DNA of 64,000 bases from an uncultured Spirochaetota bacterium (lineage in GTDB: Bacteria > Spirochaetota > UBA4802 > UBA5550), in the NCBI GenBank assembly GCA_937872225.1, contig CALMRZ010000066.1, forward strand, positions 61 through 64,060. Reading direction: 5' to 3'. Of the stretch, positions 11,155-20,626 are shown piece after piece. The translations under genes and the position numbers were made by a program. The stretch's first letter is position 1, and every line of letters starts with the position of its first letter. Below the pieces are notes generated by a model. The model was not told the DNA's origin, made no database searches, and saw only the letters and a program-made list of their open reading frames with translations.

Positions 11155-11222
11155 AGGCGCTGCCATTATTATTGACTTGACCTGAACCCATGTAAGTGAT
11201 AGTTGGCATGTAACAGGGGTAA

Positions 11223-11717
11223 TTGCTAACCGCCATGAAATATTCTGTCAAAGAAATACTTGATATAGCTATCGGCATAGAAGAAACCGGCTATGAATTT
11301 TACACCAGGTGCGCCGTTCTTTTCAAAGACGCAGGTATGCGGGATGTTTTTGATTTTCTTGCCAGGGAGGAACAGGAGCACAAGAAAATTTTTCAGTCCC
11401 TTATCGGATCCGACGAACCGGATGGATTATTCACCGAAGAATACTTTGCGTACCTGAAGGCGATCGGCGGCGCACGGATTTTCGAAAATAAGGCGGCGGA
11501 TATCGGCCGTGTCGTTGCCGGCATCGCCGACCCGGTGGATGCCGTCAAGCACGCCTTCGGCACCGAAAAAGAATCCATCCTCTTTTATGACGAAATGAAG
11601 CGCCTCTTTGAAAACGACAGGAAGACCGCCGCACTGCTTGACCGCATCATAGAGGAAGAACGCAAACATGTGGCCCTACTCCTTGACCTGCTTGAAAAGA
11701 TAAGACTATCATCATAA
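11223..11717 (+). CDS. Rubrerythrin-like ferritin-like diiron domain protein (no rubredoxin domain).
   Basis: 164 aa with paired E...ExxH ferritin-like motifs (EEQEHKKIF, EEERKHVALL). Confidence 0.6.
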   Translation: MLTAMKYSVKEILDIAIGIEETGYEFYTRCAVLFKDAGMRDVFDFLAREEQEHKKIFQSLIGSDEPDGLFTEEYFAYLKAIGGARIFENKAADIGRVVAGIADPVDAVKHAFGTEKESILFYDEMKRLFENDRKTAALLDRIIEEERKHVALLLDLLEKIRLSS

Positions 11718-11870
11718 TCCCGCGGTTACCCGCCGATACAGCCCCTGTCGTTCCATGCCGAAAATTTTACACGGTTGAAACCTTCGCAGACTAATTCTGA
11801 TGGCAGCCCGGTACGCCTCCTGTTACTTTTGTCCATGAAGCAGGATGGTCTCGTGTTTGCTTTGTGCCAT

Positions 11871-11942
11871 TACGGGATGGTGTAACTGGTAGCACACTGG
11901 GCTTTGGACTCAGCAGTGGAGGTTCGAATCCTTCTCCCGTAG
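11871..11942 (+). tRNA. tRNA-Gln, anticodon TTG.
   Basis: Folded by hand into a cloverleaf:
- 7-bp acceptor stem TACGGGA / TCCCGTA (U1-A72);
- D-arm GTGT / GCAC with GG in the loop;
- anticodon stem CTGGG / CTCAG with loop CTTTGGA (anticodon TTG);
- T-arm GGAGG-TTCGAAT-CCTTC;
- discriminator G. Confidence 0.8.
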
Positions 11943-11980
11943 CATTTGAAGAAAGCGCTTCCTGTCACTGCCGACAGCTT

Positions 11981-12676
11981 TCACTTGAAGATGTCGCCGG
12001 TTTCCATGTACCAGAGGACAAAATCGAGGTGGTCAAGCGGTATTCCGACCCGTACCGCGAAGGCCCTGAGCTTAGCCTCAAGTTCGAAATAGAGCCGTGG
12101 AGACAACGATACGGGGATCCCTTCAATGAGGCCAAGGGATTCCATGCTCCGGAGTATGTGGCGGTCCAGTATGGCGATCGAATCACCGAGGCCGATATTG
12201 CGCAGAAAGTGGCTTGCCTCCTTGTAGCCCAGGCCCTTTACATTCTTTACAAGCCATTCCCTCCTGCCGGCGCCGTCTTTCAAATCGCACAGGATCCTTC
12301 TCAGGGAATTCCCCTTTGTCATAAAAAAATCACGGGCCTCCAAGATATACGACGACTTGTTGTTCTTGAAACGGACAATATTCAGCACCCGGCAGATGTC
12401 TTCGAAACAACCACCGAAAAGGCAATCATCCTTTACAAGGATTTCCACGGCCTGCCAGCACCTTCTCGCCCCCGATTGGGGCGTGAGCAGGCAGAATACG
12501 AGCTCTACGAAAAGGGCCGTGTCATCTCCGGTCTCCCAGATTCTCCTGAATTCATCGAGGCGGCCCTGGATGCGTCCTGATATCTCATTGTGCACAAGCA
12601 GTATCTCTTCGATTCTTTTTTTTCTGCTACCAGTTGACATGATGTTCTTCATGGAATATACTTCATTATTGTGCAA
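11981..12676 (-). CDS. ogg: 8-oxoguanine DNA glycosylase/AP lyase, archaeal-type Ogg2 (HhH-GPD).
   Basis: 231 aa with GLGYKEASHFLRNIG (HhH-GPD with catalytic Lys). The start may instead be the internal MKNIMST. Confidence 0.65.
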   Translation of the reverse strand: MHNNEVYSMKNIMSTGSRKKRIEEILLVHNEISGRIQGRLDEFRRIWETGDDTALFVELVFCLLTPQSGARRCWQAVEILVKDDCLFGGCFEDICRVLNIVRFKNNKSSYILEARDFFMTKGNSLRRILCDLKDGAGRREWLVKNVKGLGYKEASHFLRNIGLGDSIAILDRHILRSMESLGLIEGIPVSLSPRLYFELEAKLRAFAVRVGIPLDHLDFVLWYMETGDIFK

Positions 12677-12766
12677 TCTATTATTTTATCGCCTGTCCTG
12701 ACTTTGACGGGCAGAGTTTGCAATAACCTGCAGTTGTATACATACTATATCAAATTTGAGGACATT

Positions 12767-13243
12767 ATGGCGCAAAAAAAACTCACCGCCGGCTCCCCGG
12801 CACCGGATTTTTCCCTCCCTGACGCTTCCGGGAACATGGTATCGCTTTCCACCTTTCGCGGCTCCTGGCTAATCCTTTATTTTTATCCCAGGGACAACAC
12901 CTCGGGATGCACGCTGGAAGCAGTCGATTTCACGGATCGGGTAAACGATTTCAAAACATTAAGGGCATCAATCCTCGGCATAAGTCCGGATACCGTTGAC
13001 AGCCACCGGAAGTTTATCGAGAAGCAGGGACTGGGCATAACCCTGCTGAGCGACAGCGAGCGAAGGGTGGTTAAGGAATACGGCGTATGGCAGATAAAAA
13101 AACTATACGGCAAGGAATCATACGGCGTGGTACGGTCGACGTTCCTGATCGATCCGGAAGGGATTATCCGCCAGGTATGGGAGAAAGTAAAGGTCAACGG
13201 GCACGCCGACGAAGTCATGGAAAGCCTGAGAAAGATGTCCTGA
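12767..13243 (+). CDS. bcp: Thiol peroxidase Bcp (peroxiredoxin Q).
   Basis: PAPDF...FYPRDNTSGCTLEA peroxidatic-Cys motif. ATG at 12767 after GAGGA. Confidence 0.85.
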   Translation: MAQKKLTAGSPAPDFSLPDASGNMVSLSTFRGSWLILYFYPRDNTSGCTLEAVDFTDRVNDFKTLRASILGISPDTVDSHRKFIEKQGLGITLLSDSERRVVKEYGVWQIKKLYGKESYGVVRSTFLIDPEGIIRQVWEKVKVNGHADEVMESLRKMS

Positions 13244-13252
13244 CCGGCACCC

Positions 13253-13963
13253 TTACATTATTCCGGACTGAACCTGGAGGCCGATCGAGAAGCCGCGGAA
13301 GTCGCGGTCGGATATGCCCTGATAGCTCACCCCCCATGATATGCGGTACGATGTCCCTATGCCAATGCGGGCATGGGCCGGAAGGTTGACGAATAAATAC
13401 AACTCGGGCTCAAGGATGGCGAAATTCTTTCCCGGGCCGCCGGCATAGTCCCCGCCTAGGTGCCCGCCACCCGCCAGCGCTCCAAGGGAAAAATTTACGA
13501 TTGAATCGTGGAAAATATGGTAGGACAGGTAACCGCCGCCATACACTGTCCTGACGACCTGCCCTGCGGAAGCAAATGATGCAAGCAACCGCTCAGCGTA
13601 GTTACCGCTCTCCATTGATGAGCGCCGCGCCGCGACCGAGAGCTCATATCCCGCGCCAATGGCGAAAATATGATCCACCAGCAGGGCAGCCCTGCCGCCG
13701 ATCATGCCGCCCCACCCTTTCCTGAAGTGCGCCGCCTGCCCGACCAGGGAGAGGTAGAACCCGTAATGGATATACTGGGTGTAATTGAGCATGTAGAGGT
13801 CGGCTCCATGCTCTTGCTTCACCGGATATTTTTCCTTGAATATTGCGCTGTCAATTTCTATTGAAGAAGCGGGCAGCGCCAGGGACAGAACAAGCAGGAT
13901 TATGGCAACCGATCGTGAGCATAACCCACTCGAATATCCTGCCGTTGGCTCATCTCTCGTCAT
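13253..13963 (-). CDS. Hypothetical secreted Gly-rich protein (possible outer-membrane beta-barrel).
   Basis: 236 aa. Signal-peptide-like VAIILLVLSLALPASS. Alternating G/Y/S strands. Confidence 0.45.
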   Translation of the reverse strand: MTRDEPTAGYSSGLCSRSVAIILLVLSLALPASSIEIDSAIFKEKYPVKQEHGADLYMLNYTQYIHYGFYLSLVGQAAHFRKGWGGMIGGRAALLVDHIFAIGAGYELSVAARRSSMESGNYAERLLASFASAGQVVRTVYGGGYLSYHIFHDSIVNFSLGALAGGGHLGGDYAGGPGKNFAILEPELYLFVNLPAHARIGIGTSYRISWGVSYQGISDRDFRGFSIGLQVQSGIM

Positions 13964-13982
13964 GAGGACTCACCGCGCTATA

Positions 13983-15299
13983 TCATATTTTCACCTTTTT
14001 TTTATCCGATGCCATGAGGACCGGCGGAATTGTTATTTTCCCGGGGCCGACCACCGCATCCACCAGTTCCTGCGGCGCCAGCCGGTACAAGAGTTTCACT
14101 TCAACGGTCACGCTCTGTTCGTTAATCCGCGGCAGTCTGAAGGATTCCCGGGAGCTTTTCAGCGGTTCAATCCTCTTATCCCGGATAATTTCCCGTGCCT
14201 TGGCGACATTCATGACCATGTTTCCTTTCCCGTCGCCGAAAACAGTATTGTACAGCACCGTGTCTTTTTCCAGACGTCCCCGCCGGTCCAGGCCTCCATG
14301 TTTATAGAGCACCTTGCCCCCCGCGCCAGTTACCTTCACCTCGAGCCACATCTGCCTCACATGGCTCAATCCGGTAGGCAGGCTGTGCCCGGCGCCCGTG
14401 TTGGTAACGGTCACTGTCAGAGTGCCCTCTTGCAGCGTATCGCCGATCGAAACGGTTGCCGCGTGCTTGAGCCGCTCTTCCGCCATGGATACCTGGTCCT
14501 TGTTGCCGAACTGCCCGGGGACAAGGTTGTTGGTGCCGGTAAAATAATGGGTGTAGATGTGCTTCCTTCCCGGCGCGCCTTCTGCCGACGATCCCGGATT
14601 GTCGGGCCTCTCCGTTGATCCGGTGGCGGCTATTCCGGGCCGCTGCCTCATGTGACAGTCCTGGCAGGGAATGCCGCGTTCGGCATAGGGCCCCTTTTTC
14701 CATTCTTCGTACGGCGATTCAAGTTTTGTGCCGAACACGACATGCCGCACATCATGGCATGCTCCGCATATTTCAGCCCTGGTATGGAATTTCGAGTATG
14801 CCGCCCTATGGAACTCCGGTTTAGAGTCGGCATGGGGTCCCCTCTTGGTGCCGGGATCATTTTCACCATTGCCGGGGTCCAGCTTCAGGTCGGCATTATA
14901 AATTTTTCCGGCGCCGGTGGCTGAATGGCAGAAATCGCACTGGACGCCCTTCGCCGCCAGATCGGGTATTTTCTTCAAATGGTCAGATGTTTTCGACGGC
15001 ATTCCCGAAAAAAAACCGACCGGCGTGTGGCATGAAACGCAATGTTCAGCTTCCTTAATCTCGTCCGGGTCGGTCAGCCCCTTGAGGTCATGGAACGCCA
15101 CTTCCTTATAGAGCGGATCGACATGGGACAGGCTGTGCATTGAGCCTTTCCACTGCTCGTATATATCCCCATGGCAGCCCCCGCATGTTTCCGGAGAAAT
15201 GAATCGTGACAGCTCAAAGTGCTGGATTTTCCCGCAGGAAAGAATCGCAAGGGATATTGTTAACGCCGTTAGTGTGTATCCCACCATACCTTTATTCAT
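13983..15299 (-). CDS. Multiheme c-type cytochrome (periplasmic).
   Basis: 438 aa. Signal peptide. At least five CxxCH heme-binding motifs (CGGCH, CVSCH, CDFCH, CGACH, CQDCH). Confidence 0.8.
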   Translation of the reverse strand: MNKGMVGYTLTALTISLAILSCGKIQHFELSRFISPETCGGCHGDIYEQWKGSMHSLSHVDPLYKEVAFHDLKGLTDPDEIKEAEHCVSCHTPVGFFSGMPSKTSDHLKKIPDLAAKGVQCDFCHSATGAGKIYNADLKLDPGNGENDPGTKRGPHADSKPEFHRAAYSKFHTRAEICGACHDVRHVVFGTKLESPYEEWKKGPYAERGIPCQDCHMRQRPGIAATGSTERPDNPGSSAEGAPGRKHIYTHYFTGTNNLVPGQFGNKDQVSMAEERLKHAATVSIGDTLQEGTLTVTVTNTGAGHSLPTGLSHVRQMWLEVKVTGAGGKVLYKHGGLDRRGRLEKDTVLYNTVFGDGKGNMVMNVAKAREIIRDKRIEPLKSSRESFRLPRINEQSVTVEVKLLYRLAPQELVDAVVGPGKITIPPVLMASDKKKVKI

Positions 15300-15412
15300 C
15301 GGGGCCCTCTTCGTTTTGCATGCGACATGTGATGAGAATATATTTGCATTATATCAATATCGCGTATTTTAGCAACCATTTTTTCCGCAAAACAAACTGC
15401 AAGGTATTTCTT

Positions 15413-15455
15413 TGTAATGATTACATTGTTGTATGAATTATAATTTATAAATCAT
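15413..15455. promoter_or_regulatory. Candidate Fur/PerR-type operator upstream of the flavodiiron gene.
   Basis: 7-1-7 inverted repeat TTGTAAT-G-ATTACAt at 15413-15425. Adjacent Per-box-like ATGAATTATAATTTATAAATCAT at 15433-15455. Compare B. subtilis Per box TTATAAT-N-ATTATAA. Confidence 0.35.
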
Positions 15456-15584
15456 CCATCCATGAAAAGTTTAGTTGACAAATAGGGGCGCCGCATTAAT
15501 GTGCTGGCAAACAATCTAGATCGGCATATGCCATCTGTTTTTCGCGCACAATAAAATATTCAGAATCGTCAATGGAGCACGCTC

Positions 15585-16748
15585 ATGAAGGCAATTCAAA
15601 TTAAAGAAAATATCTACTGGGTCGGCGGCATAGACTGGGACCTCCGTAATTTTCATGGATACCTCACCCAGCGCGGATCAACCTATAACGCCTATCTCGT
15701 CATTGACGAAAAAATCACCCTTGTCGACACGGTGAAATACTATCTCTGCGAAGAAATGATCACCCGGATAAAATCCGTGGTGGACCCTTCAAAAATCGAT
15801 TGCATCATATCCAACCACGTGGAGATGGACCATTCGGGGTCGCTGCCGCAAATCGCGAAGATCGCCCCCGGGGCCACCATTTACACCTCCCCGAACGGGC
15901 TCAAGGGCCTGACCGAGCATTATAAATCAGGATTGAAACTCAAGGCCGTCAACAACGGCGAGTCCATATGCACCGGCAAATATAATTTCAACTTCGTCCT
16001 TACACCCATGGTCCACTGGCCGGACAACATGATCACCTACCTGGCTGAGGAACGACTTCTTTTCTCCAATGATGCCTTCGGTCAGCATATAGCAAGCTCG
16101 GAGCGCTTTGATGATGAGTATCCCCTCGACATCATCATGATGGAGGCCCGCAAATATTATGCGAACATTGTCCTCCCATACGGCGAGCAGGTCAAAAAGG
16201 CCCTTTCAGCCGCATCCGGCCTTGCAATCGACATTATTGCTCCAAGCCACGGTATCATATGGCGGAAAAACGTTCCGTCAGTGCTGAACGCCTACGCCGA
16301 GTGGTCCGCCAACAAGACCTCCAACAAGGCGCTCATCATATACGACACCATGTGGAATTCGACCAAAAAACTGGCCGGCGCCATTGAAAAGGCCTTTGAA
16401 AACCGCAATTACCGGACAATCATGATGAACCTCCAGACGAACCATATTTCGGACATCCTGACCGAACTTATTGACACCCAATACATCTGTGTGGGTTCGC
16501 CCACTCTCAACAACAACATGCTTCCCACGGTAGCGGCATTCCTTACCTATATGAAAGGCCTTGCCCCTAAAAACAGGACCGGCCTTGCCTTCGGGTCCTA
16601 TGGTTGGGGGGGGCAGAGTATCGGGCAGATCGAGGAACTATTGAAGTCCTGCGGATTTGCCACCCTGGAAAGCATCAAGGTCAAATACATTCCTGACGAT
16701 GATGTGTTAAAAAATATCACACGGAAACTTGAAAACGAAATACAATAG
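15585..16748 (+). CDS. fprA: Flavodiiron protein (FprA / rubredoxin:oxygen oxidoreductase ROO).
   Basis: N-terminal metallo-beta-lactamase fold with HVEMDH (HxExDH) diiron motif. C-terminal flavodoxin domain. Confidence 0.85.
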   Translation: MKAIQIKENIYWVGGIDWDLRNFHGYLTQRGSTYNAYLVIDEKITLVDTVKYYLCEEMITRIKSVVDPSKIDCIISNHVEMDHSGSLPQIAKIAPGATIYTSPNGLKGLTEHYKSGLKLKAVNNGESICTGKYNFNFVLTPMVHWPDNMITYLAEERLLFSNDAFGQHIASSERFDDEYPLDIIMMEARKYYANIVLPYGEQVKKALSAASGLAIDIIAPSHGIIWRKNVPSVLNAYAEWSANKTSNKALIIYDTMWNSTKKLAGAIEKAFENRNYRTIMMNLQTNHISDILTELIDTQYICVGSPTLNNNMLPTVAAFLTYMKGLAPKNRTGLAFGSYGWGGQSIGQIEELLKSCGFATLESIKVKYIPDDDVLKNITRKLENEIQ

Positions 16749-16863
16749 TCATATACTGAAGGTGGCGATACAAATATCACTGTTTGATCTTATTATATTA
16801 ATGCCGAAGGTGTGACATATACAATATTGCGGTCATACTATTCAAATTGTCAGGTTATGTAGC

Positions 16864-17283
16864 GTGGTTAATCACTTAAAAGATATTTTAATCGATAACG
16901 GCATAAGTCCTTCATATCACCGGCTCAAGATCTATGAGTACCTTGCCCATAACAAGACCCATCCTACCGCAGACATGATCTATGAGGAAGTCATTAAACA
17001 GATTCCCACTCTTTCGAAGACCACGATATACAACACCCTCAAGACCCTTTCGGAAAAAGGCCTGGTGGCACCCATAACCATAGAGGATAATGAAGTGCGT
17101 TATGACGCGGACATTTCCTTCCATGGACATTTCAAATGCGCCAATTGCGGCATGCTCTATGACATCGAACTTGACCAGATGAGCATTGACAAACGTCTGT
17201 GTGTCGGCAGGAAAATACAGGGCCACCACATCACAGAGAGACAGATCTATTTTAAAGGCATTTGTAAAAAGTGCCATAGATAA
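16864..17283 (+). CDS. perR: Fur-family transcriptional regulator, PerR-like peroxide sensor.
   Basis: HPTADMIY helix matches PerR HPTADDIY. C-terminal CxxC...CxxC. GTG start. Sits next to its likely regulon. Confidence 0.7.
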   Translation: MVNHLKDILIDNGISPSYHRLKIYEYLAHNKTHPTADMIYEEVIKQIPTLSKTTIYNTLKTLSEKGLVAPITIEDNEVRYDADISFHGHFKCANCGMLYDIELDQMSIDKRLCVGRKIQGHHITERQIYFKGICKKCHR

Positions 17284-17496
17284 TCACGATTATCACCGGC
17301 GCATGGAGCGAAACAATGTCCGGTTATCCGGTCGGTGCGGGAATGGTTATCAATGTAATGCTTTCATGGAATTTTTCAAAAAATCACCGCGATTCCAATT
17401 TTTTTACTTGCCAAATTGGCCACGGTCGATAATTTATACTTAATACAATTGTTAGTTAAATATAATTTTGTTTGGCTTTCATTGCGTTCTAAAAAA

Positions 17497-17529
17497 TTTG
17501 TTTCCAAAAACAAACATATACGGTATAAT
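17497..17529 (+). promoter_or_regulatory. Putative promoter and operator for the rub-cydAB-dfx-ftn-rbr operon.
   Basis: Inverted repeat TTTGTTT-ccaa-AAACAAA (17497-17514) immediately upstream of a consensus -10 TATAAT (17524-17529). An ACAATTGT palindrome lies at 17445-17452. Confidence 0.35.
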
Positions 17530-17624
17530 GATTGAACATTTACAAAATCCGTATAACAAACCTTAAGTGGCCCGTATCAGCCAGGTAGAATGTATATACA
17601 AAAAATCAATTGGAGGTTACAAGT

Positions 17625-17789
17625 ATGAAAAAATATGTATGTTCAGTATGCGGCTATGTGTATGATCCGGAAGCGGGCGACCCCGACAACGGGATCAAGC
17701 CCGGAACGCCTTTTGAAAATCTGCCGAAAGACTGGGTTTGCCCGCAGTGCGGCGTTGAAAAAGACCAGTTTGAACCCTACGAAGACTAG
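17625..17789 (+). CDS. rub: Rubredoxin (54 aa).
   Basis: [54 protein letters not shown]. Two CxxCG knuckles. GGAGGT RBS 7 nt upstream. Below the 60-aa ORF-track threshold. Confidence 0.85.
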   Translation: MKKYVCSVCGYVYDPEAGDPDNGIKPGTPFENLPKDWVCPQCGVEKDQFEPYED

Positions 17790-17840
17790 CCACTCCCCAT
17801 CGAGCTCCAGATTTAACCATAAAAATAGGGAGGTCAAATT

Positions 17841-19172
17841 ATGGACGCAGTTATTCTATCACGAATACAATTCGGGTTAACCGCGGGTTTTCATTTTATT
17901 TTTCCGCCCCTCACCCTGGGCCTGACTCTGGTCATTGTTATTATTGAAGCGTTCCATTTTAAAAATAACAGTGAGCTTTATAAAAAGATATCCAACTTCA
18001 TGATAAAAATCCTGGGGCTTGTTTTCGTGATGGGAGTGGCCACCGGCATCGTCTTGGAATTCTCCTTCGGCACCAACTGGTCCAATTATTCAAGGATGGT
18101 CGGGGATATTTTTGGTGCCCCCCTCGCCGCCGAAGGCGTATTCGCTTTTTTCATGGAATCCGTTTTTCTGGGAATTCTCGTGTTCGGCAGGAACCGCGTT
18201 TCCCGGGGGGTCTTCCTGCTCTCAGCGGTCCTTGTATTTTTCGCATCGCACCTTTCCGGCCTCTGGATCATCATTGCCAATTCATGGATGCAGACCCCGG
18301 CCGGATTCGCCATTGAAGGCGGGCGGGCGGTTCTCAAGGACTTTTTCGCCGCAGCCTTCAACGACTCAACCCTCATCAGATACCTGCACACCGTCATGGG
18401 CGGTTGGATCACCGGTTCCCTCTTTACCGCCGGAATCGGATCATGGTACCTGCTCAAGAACCGCGACCTGGATTCATCCAGGCCGCTGCTGACAACGGCA
18501 CTCTGGATCTTCGTGGCAATAGCAATCCTCCAGTTCGGTTCCGGCCACGGACATTCGGTCCAGGTCGCAAAGACGCAGCCGGCGAAAATGGCCGCCTTCG
18601 AGGCGCTCTGGCAGGGTCAGAACGGCGCCCCCATGTCTGTCATCGGAATCCCTGATCCCGCCCAGAAAAAGACCAATCTCGAGATCGCGGTGCCCAAACT
18701 CCTGAGCATTGCCATTTATTTCGATCCCGGGGCAAGGGTCCAGGGCCTCGATGATTTCAAAGAGGAGGAACTGCCCCCGGTAGTGCTGTCATATCTTACC
18801 TATCACGGCATGATAGGTCTTGGATCGCTTTTCGCCCTCCTGGCCGTTATTTCCGCGGTACTCCTGATCAGTAAAAGAATATTTGAAACGCGCTGGTTCC
18901 TGTGGGTACTGACGGTTGCTGTGCCCCTGCCCTTTATCGCAAACGAACTGGGATGGATGGCCGCAGAATTTGGAAGACAGCCCTGGGCCGTGTACAAAGT
19001 CCTCAAAACCGCCGAAGCGGCCTCGGTAGTTGTTCCGGCATGGCAGATTCTTCTTTCCATAATTGCGTTCAGCGCAATTTACTGCCTCCTATTCGCCGTT
19101 TTCTTGAAGATTTTATTCAGCATCATTCGCAAAGGGCCGGATAATATCACCATCGGATACGTGGGGGAATGA
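17841..19172 (+). CDS. cydA: Cytochrome bd-type quinol oxidase subunit I (short Q-loop type).
   Basis: 443 aa. Polytopic membrane protein with the CydA N-terminus. Shorter than E. coli CydA, which is consistent with the short Q-loop/Cio-type. Confidence 0.85.
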   Translation: MDAVILSRIQFGLTAGFHFIFPPLTLGLTLVIVIIEAFHFKNNSELYKKISNFMIKILGLVFVMGVATGIVLEFSFGTNWSNYSRMVGDIFGAPLAAEGVFAFFMESVFLGILVFGRNRVSRGVFLLSAVLVFFASHLSGLWIIIANSWMQTPAGFAIEGGRAVLKDFFAAAFNDSTLIRYLHTVMGGWITGSLFTAGIGSWYLLKNRDLDSSRPLLTTALWIFVAIAILQFGSGHGHSVQVAKTQPAKMAAFEALWQGQNGAPMSVIGIPDPAQKKTNLEIAVPKLLSIAIYFDPGARVQGLDDFKEEELPPVVLSYLTYHGMIGLGSLFALLAVISAVLLISKRIFETRWFLWVLTVAVPLPFIANELGWMAAEFGRQPWAVYKVLKTAEAASVVVPAWQILLSIIAFSAIYCLLFAVFLKILFSIIRKGPDNITIGYVGE

Positions 19173-19173
19173 T

Positions 19174-20172
19174 ATGGAAACAATGCAATTACTGCAGATG
19201 CTCTGGTTTTTCCTGATTGGCATTCTCTTTGTCGGTTATTCGATACTTGACGGGTTTGACCTTGGCATCGGCGCGATGCTGCCCTTCCTGGCAAAGGACA
19301 AGAAGGATATCACAGCGCTTTTTACCGCAATCGGTCCCGTTTGGGACGGGAATGAAGTGTGGCTTCTTACCGGAGGAGGAGCCCTTTTCGCCGCCTTTCC
19401 CCACGTCTATGCCACGGTATTCAGCGGCTTCTACCTTGCCCTCATGCTCGTTCTCTTCGCCCTCATTTTCAGGTCCGTCTCGCTTGAATTCTGGTCTCTC
19501 GATGAGACCAGGCGCGCCTTCTGGAAGTGGGCCTTTTGCGTCGGCAGTTTCCTGCCTGCGCTTCTTTTCGGGGTGGCCCTGGGAAACGTGATACTGGGTA
19601 TACCCCTCAATGACAGAATGGAATTCACGGGCAATTTTTTTACGCTGCTTCGCCCTTATCCGCTCGTCATCGGTCTTCTCGGGTTTTCTGCCATACTTCT
19701 TCAGGGCTGCACCTTTGGCGCCCTGAAGACCACGGGCGGGCTCCATGACCGTCTTGTCGCGGCGGGCAAAAAGATCGTGGTGGCATATGCGATCCTCATG
19801 GCCGTATCCAGTGTTCTGACGGCTCTATTCATTCCCTGGAGCATGGGCAACATCCTTGCATGGGTTTGTGCTGCGATAGTATTCGCTTCCTTGTTTTTAA
19901 CCGCGCTACAACTCGGCAAGGGAAGCGGCTTCCAGGCTTTTCTACTCTCATCCCTTTCATTCATGGGCTTGTGGGGCATTGCCGGATCGCTTCAATTCCC
20001 CAACCTGGTCCGGTCAATCGACGGTGGGGGACTGAACCTGGATATTTACAATACTTCATCCAGCCAGTTGACGCTCACGGTCATGCTTATCATTGCGTTG
20101 ATCGGAATGCCCATCGTGATTGGATACACAATATACGCGTACCGGGTATTCAAGGGAAAAGTCGCACCCTGA
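19174..20172 (+). CDS. cydB: Cytochrome bd-type quinol oxidase subunit II.
   Basis: 332 aa membrane protein, translationally coupled to cydA (1 nt gap). Confidence 0.85.
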   Translation: METMQLLQMLWFFLIGILFVGYSILDGFDLGIGAMLPFLAKDKKDITALFTAIGPVWDGNEVWLLTGGGALFAAFPHVYATVFSGFYLALMLVLFALIFRSVSLEFWSLDETRRAFWKWAFCVGSFLPALLFGVALGNVILGIPLNDRMEFTGNFFTLLRPYPLVIGLLGFSAILLQGCTFGALKTTGGLHDRLVAAGKKIVVAYAILMAVSSVLTALFIPWSMGNILAWVCAAIVFASLFLTALQLGKGSGFQAFLLSSLSFMGLWGIAGSLQFPNLVRSIDGGGLNLDIYNTSSSQLTLTVMLIIALIGMPIVIGYTIYAYRVFKGKVAP

Positions 20173-20230
20173 GTCCCGTAGAACATTCAAAGGGATAGCC
20201 CCTTAACAAATCAAACTATGGAGGTCCATC

Positions 20231-20608
20231 ATGACAAAGAAACTTGAAGTTTACAAGTGCCAGGTCTGCGGCAATATGGTCGAGATAATCCATGAAGGAG
20301 CCGGCACGCTCGTTTGCTGCGGACAGGAAATGACCCAGCTCAAGGAAAATACTACCGATGCGGCCAAGGAAAAACATGTCCCCGCAGTCAGCAAAACGGA
20401 TCATGGAATCAAAGCCAAGGTCGGCGAAGTCGCCCATCCCATGGAAGAAAAGCATTACATCGAATGGATACAGGTCATTTCCGCTGACGGCGCCTCTGAC
20501 AGGAAATTTCTCAAACCCGGTCAGGCTCCCGAAGCGGATTTCTGCTGCGTTGACGAGGGTTCGACTGTGCGGGAATACTGCAATCTTCACGGTCTCTGGA
20601 AAAAGTAG
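20231..20608 (+). CDS. dfx: Desulfoferrodoxin (2Fe superoxide reductase).
   Basis: N-terminal desulforedoxin CxxC...CC (CQVCGN...VCCGQ), then the SOR domain with C-terminal Cys/His ligands. Confidence 0.85.
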   Translation: MTKKLEVYKCQVCGNMVEIIHEGAGTLVCCGQEMTQLKENTTDAAKEKHVPAVSKTDHGIKAKVGEVAHPMEEKHYIEWIQVISADGASDRKFLKPGQAPEADFCCVDEGSTVREYCNLHGLWKK

Positions 20609-20626
20609 CGTCATGGGAGGCATATC

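Noticed and set aside
11864-12580. 238-aa plus-strand ORF.
   Set aside because: It begins inside the tRNA-Gln and runs antisense to the Ogg gene. Spurious.
13836-14618. 260-aa plus-strand ORF.
   Set aside because: Antisense to the multiheme cytochrome c (CxxCH motifs on the other strand).
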